Below, piece after piece: positions 54,236 to 57,157 of a DNA stretch of 57,157 nucleotides (its first letter is position 1; each line of letters begins with the position of its first letter). The stretch is from a virus (taxonomy: Duplodnaviria > Caudoviricetes). The stretch is from positions 1 through 57,157 of the IMG/VR virus record IMGVR_UViG_3300028829_000632; one strand, written 5' to 3'. A model generated the notes under the pieces. The model ran no database searches. It saw only the letters and a program-made list of their open reading frames with translations, and had not been told where the DNA came from. The translations under genes were made by a program, and so were the position numbers.

Positions 54236-55153
54236 TTAACCTTCGCTACCGAAGAAGCCACGCCAATCAGAGACACCGAAGCTATAACGCTCCCGAGCCT
54301 TAAATCGGATGTTTCCAGTATCGAAGTCAGGTTCCATCTTCGTCTGAAGCGGAGTACGAACAAACATCTTAGTGCCGTTCGGAACATCCGTCTTGACAAA
54401 CCACGCATCAGTGTCGGTAAACCGACGATTGATGTAGTAGCCTTCAGGAACCATACCCAAGTGACGAGTCGCGTTAATAGCGTTGTTATTTGGGTTAGCC
54501 TGTGCAGCACTCGTCTGAGTGTTACCGGGGCTGCTTAGAACGCGATCTGCAATGGCCCACGAATCAACGGGAACATGCAGCGAAACCGCGCTGGCACCAA
54601 TAAGAATACCACGATCATCTTCAATCTTCTGAATAGCAGTCAGAGCCGCCTCAAGAGTGGCTTCCGAAAGATCGGCAGCACCAAGAAGGTTGGACTGATT
54701 ACCAGCAGAGATGGTCGGATGAGCAGCAGAGAAGAACGCAGCACCGTCACCAATAGCGGTCGAGAAACCATTATTGAAAAGTGCAGCAGCCTTGACCTGC
54801 TTGGTATTCGCCATCGCACGAGCGAGACCGCGCGCACGAAGCTTGGCAAACGTGTCATACAGATTGTCTTCCATTGCTTCTTCCGTAACCGCGAAAGCAA
54901 GCGCAATAGTTTCAGCCGTATAACGGGCAGTGTAACTTTCCTGAGCGTCGTCATAGGAGACAGCAGCACCTTCACCCTTGGTCGGCGCAGAGCCGAAACC
55001 AGTGAAGAGAACTTCTTCCTCGAATGCACGATCAGAATTCTCAATATCAAAAAGAGGTTCGTGTTCGTTATTAACCTCTCCATACTCCATTCCAAATACG
55101 GCATTCAGGCCCGGAAGGAGTTCTTTTGAAATACTAGCTCTATTAATAGCCAT
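54236..55153 (-). CDS. Major capsid protein
   Basis: MAI.RA...KEL.PGLNA.FG.EY, SDRAFEEEV...GFG.A..K.EG, DFDTGN.RFKARERYSFG.SDWRG. Confidence 0.92.
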   Translation of the reverse strand: MAINRASISKELLPGLNAVFGMEYGEVNNEHEPLFDIENSDRAFEEEVLFTGFGSAPTKGEGAAVSYDDAQESYTARYTAETIALAFAVTEEAMEDNLYDTFAKLRARGLARAMANTKQVKAAALFNNGFSTAIGDGAAFFSAAHPTISAGNQSNLLGAADLSEATLEAALTAIQKIEDDRGILIGASAVSLHVPVDSWAIADRVLSSPGNTQTSAAQANPNNNAINATRHLGMVPEGYYINRRFTDTDAWFVKTDVPNGTKMFVRTPLQTKMEPDFDTGNIRFKARERYSFGVSDWRGFFGSEG

Positions 55154-55168
55154 GATTAATCCTCCCTA

Positions 55169-55783
55169 TTAAGCCGTTGAAGCCGTAGCAGTGACATAAC
55201 GATCCCGATGGGTGTTAAGCCAAACTTCGACAATTGGATAAGCGTCATTGTTACCTTCGTCAGGATACTGAGCGCGGCCAACAACACGAGCAGCAAGCTC
55301 GGTTTCAGCACCAGAACTAGCCATCAGGTAATAGCTGGACTGCCCAGTTACCGTGCTGCCCGAACTAGCGGTAGAACTAACTGTAACAGTGTAGTTCTTA
55401 GCAATCGCTGCTTCAGCAGCAGAAAGAGTCAAAGAACACTGAATGTAGTAAGTCTGTGCCGGATCAGTAATAACAAAGAATTTAATATCTGTGGCGGATG
55501 TCCCACCATTCCAATAACGAGAGAACTTCTGTTCTCCATTTTCAACATACTGACAGCCCATGAAAACGCCCGAGGGCTTCAAGGTACCGGCAATAAACGG
55601 CGAGATCGTTGCAAAGTTCGCGCCCGGAAGCACGACAGGATCGCCTGTAAAAATGTTGTTACTAGGTGACTGCGCCTGACCCGTCGAGGTAAGCGTAATC
55701 ATATCGGTGACGGCCTCATTATTATAAGCGCCGCCTCTCTTACGAGCAGGGACAAAACCACGAAATGCTTTAGTAGTAGACAT
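55169..55783 (-). CDS. Putative capsid decoration/minor structural protein
   Basis: IFTGDPV, GVFMGCQY, V.TDP...Y.IQ, TGQS; directly upstream of capsid gene. Confidence 0.65.
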   Translation of the reverse strand: MSTTKAFRGFVPARKRGGAYNNEAVTDMITLTSTGQAQSPSNNIFTGDPVVLPGANFATISPFIAGTLKPSGVFMGCQYVENGEQKFSRYWNGGTSATDIKFFVITDPAQTYYIQCSLTLSAAEAAIAKNYTVTVSSTASSGSTVTGQSSYYLMASSGAETELAARVVGRAQYPDEGNNDAYPIVEVWLNTHRDRYVTATASTA

Positions 55784-55809
55784 GTGTCATCTCCTTAAAG
55801 TTAAAGACG

Positions 55810-56298
55810 CTAACCCTGAAAATCGGGTCGTCGCCCTTTCGTTACTGTGGTTTTACTATTATTGGAAATTGGCATACGAGAATCAGAACTGTTCATAAGT
55901 TGAGCGTTTACGGCTTGCATCATATTATCAGCCTTGTTTTCGTAGAATTTCCGTTTAGCCGCTACCTTACCCGCTGGCATTTTTGCTAATGCCAAGTCTC
56001 CACGACAGACTGTGCCTTGGTAACGACCGTCTTCCCTTACGAAGGATGTAATCGACATTTCAGGAACTTCATCAGGAGTTACGAAAACCCATCCCTCTTG
56101 TAGTTTCTTACCTACATTTGAGATGTCGTCTGTGCCTTTGATGGAGATGCGTATCCAACGTAAAGCCATTCCTTCACTATCAAATCGTGCTTGCACATGA
56201 TCTGGAATAGATAAGGCGTTAGGCTCTTCAAAGGTCCATTCTTCTTCCTGTGTGTTATTCTCTCTAAGTTGACTACTACGTGTTTCATTTCGTGTCAT
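55810..56298 (-). CDS. Hypothetical protein of head module
   Basis: RWIR....G.DD..NV...L.EGW.FV, G.L.LAKMP. Confidence 0.7.
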   Translation of the reverse strand: MTRNETRSSQLRENNTQEEEWTFEEPNALSIPDHVQARFDSEGMALRWIRISIKGTDDISNVGKKLQEGWVFVTPDEVPEMSITSFVREDGRYQGTVCRGDLALAKMPAGKVAAKRKFYENKADNMMQAVNAQLMNSSDSRMPISNNSKTTVTKGRRPDFQG

Positions 56299-56315
56299 AA
56301 TAATTCTCCGCGCTT

Positions 56316-57157
56316 CTATTTAATATTTGTGTATTCACCGTCAAGCCCATTTACTTTGAGCTTTTCGGCAGCATATCTTTCAAGTGGAATATTCCATTTC
56401 TGTGCTAGTCGGATATCTTCTTGAGATAACTTAACCTTTTTAGAATTGGATGAGGAGGAACGCGATCCCCCCGAAACCACTTGAGCAGGACTTGACGTAC
56501 TGTCCTGCACACGTTGAATATCTTCCCCAAACTGTTGAGGAAAAGATTGCTTCATTCTGTTACTAATCTCCTGATAAAATTCATTATCATTTGGATCGTA
56601 ACCTTCATTCTTTAGTTCCGCATCAATGGCTAGTGCCGCTGCGGTCATAACATTATTAGTACCAAACCAATCATTCTCTGATGCCCACTCTTCTGCCTTG
56701 GGATCATTGGCAACAGGTCTAGGAGCAACCTGCTGTTGCACTGGCTGTTCTACTGGAGCAGCTTCATAATTACGTTTAGCACTGGAAACATTCTTCAGAT
56801 CACCCTGCGCTTCATTTAGCATTGTCTGAGCTTGAAGAAGTTTTTCCTTCTCGCCATTTTCAAATGCTTCTAAATAAGCTGCCTGAGCTAACTGAATCTT
56901 ATCTGTCAATTGCTTTTCTGAAGCATCGAGACTTAGTTTATTAATCTCCTGTACTTCAGAATGCTTTGTTTTGAGGTTAGTTTCTAATTCCTCATTCTTC
57001 TGCATGAGGGAGTGAATCTGTTCGTCGCGTTCTTTACGCTGACGAATGAGTTGTCGGATACGTTTCTGAGCGCCAGACGTTTCAACTCCATCTAGCTCTG
57101 ACCCACCTTTTTCTTTTTCTTTTTCTTCTTTTTCTTCAGGTGCAGAAACTGCAATAG
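56316..57157 (-). CDS. Capsid scaffolding protein, 3' part
   Basis: DPKAEEWA..N.WFG....MT.AA, V.LS......A.K..IPLE.YA; frame open to window end. Confidence 0.75.
   Translation of the reverse strand, partial: IAVSAPEEKEEKEKEKGGSELDGVETSGAQKRIRQLIRQRKERDEQIHSLMQKNEELETNLKTKHSEVQEINKLSLDASEKQLTDKIQLAQAAYLEAFENGEKEKLLQAQTMLNEAQGDLKNVSSAKRNYEAAPVEQPVQQQVAPRPVANDPKAEEWASENDWFGTNNVMTAAALAIDAELKNEGYDPNDNEFYQEISNRMKQSFPQQFGEDIQRVQDSTSSPAQVVSGGSRSSSSNSKKVKLSQEDIRLAQKWNIPLERYAAEKLKVNGLDGEYTNIK
56577..57157. repeat. Right copy of terminal overlap
   Basis: Matches 1-581. Confidence 0.95.

Noticed and set aside
56577-57157. Physical direct terminal repeat of the virion DNA
   Set aside because: Falls mid-gene and the copies differ at 13 sites; better explained as a circular assembly overlap of two haplotypes

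Overview
The window is an apparently complete, circularly permuted genome (~56.6 kb unique) of a lytic tailed dsDNA phage of the marine podovirus type. Bases 1-581 recur at 56577-57157 with 13 substitutions. The + strand arm (~7.2-29.1 kb) carries small early genes, two tRNAs, SleB hydrolase, HNH, ThyX, T7-like primase-helicase, PolA, SSB, exonuclease, class II RNR, Hsp20, a glycosyltransferase/methyltransferase/Maf-like locus, holin and TerS. The - strand arm (6.7 kb to 1, continuing 57.1 to 29.1 kb) carries TerL, portal, GroES, scaffold, capsid, many small basic proteins, adaptors, tail fibres, ejection proteins and endolysin. No RNA polymerase or integrase is recognisable, and the promoters seen are host sigma70-like. 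The most striking unexplained signal is a 51-nt bulged hairpin repeated six times in the early region. Every substitution in its stems is compensatory, and five copies sit directly in front of an RBS and gene. Between copies 1 and 2 is a tract packed with 3-nt-loop hairpins typical of single-stranded DNA. Protein assignments are from motif recognition only; no database search was run.
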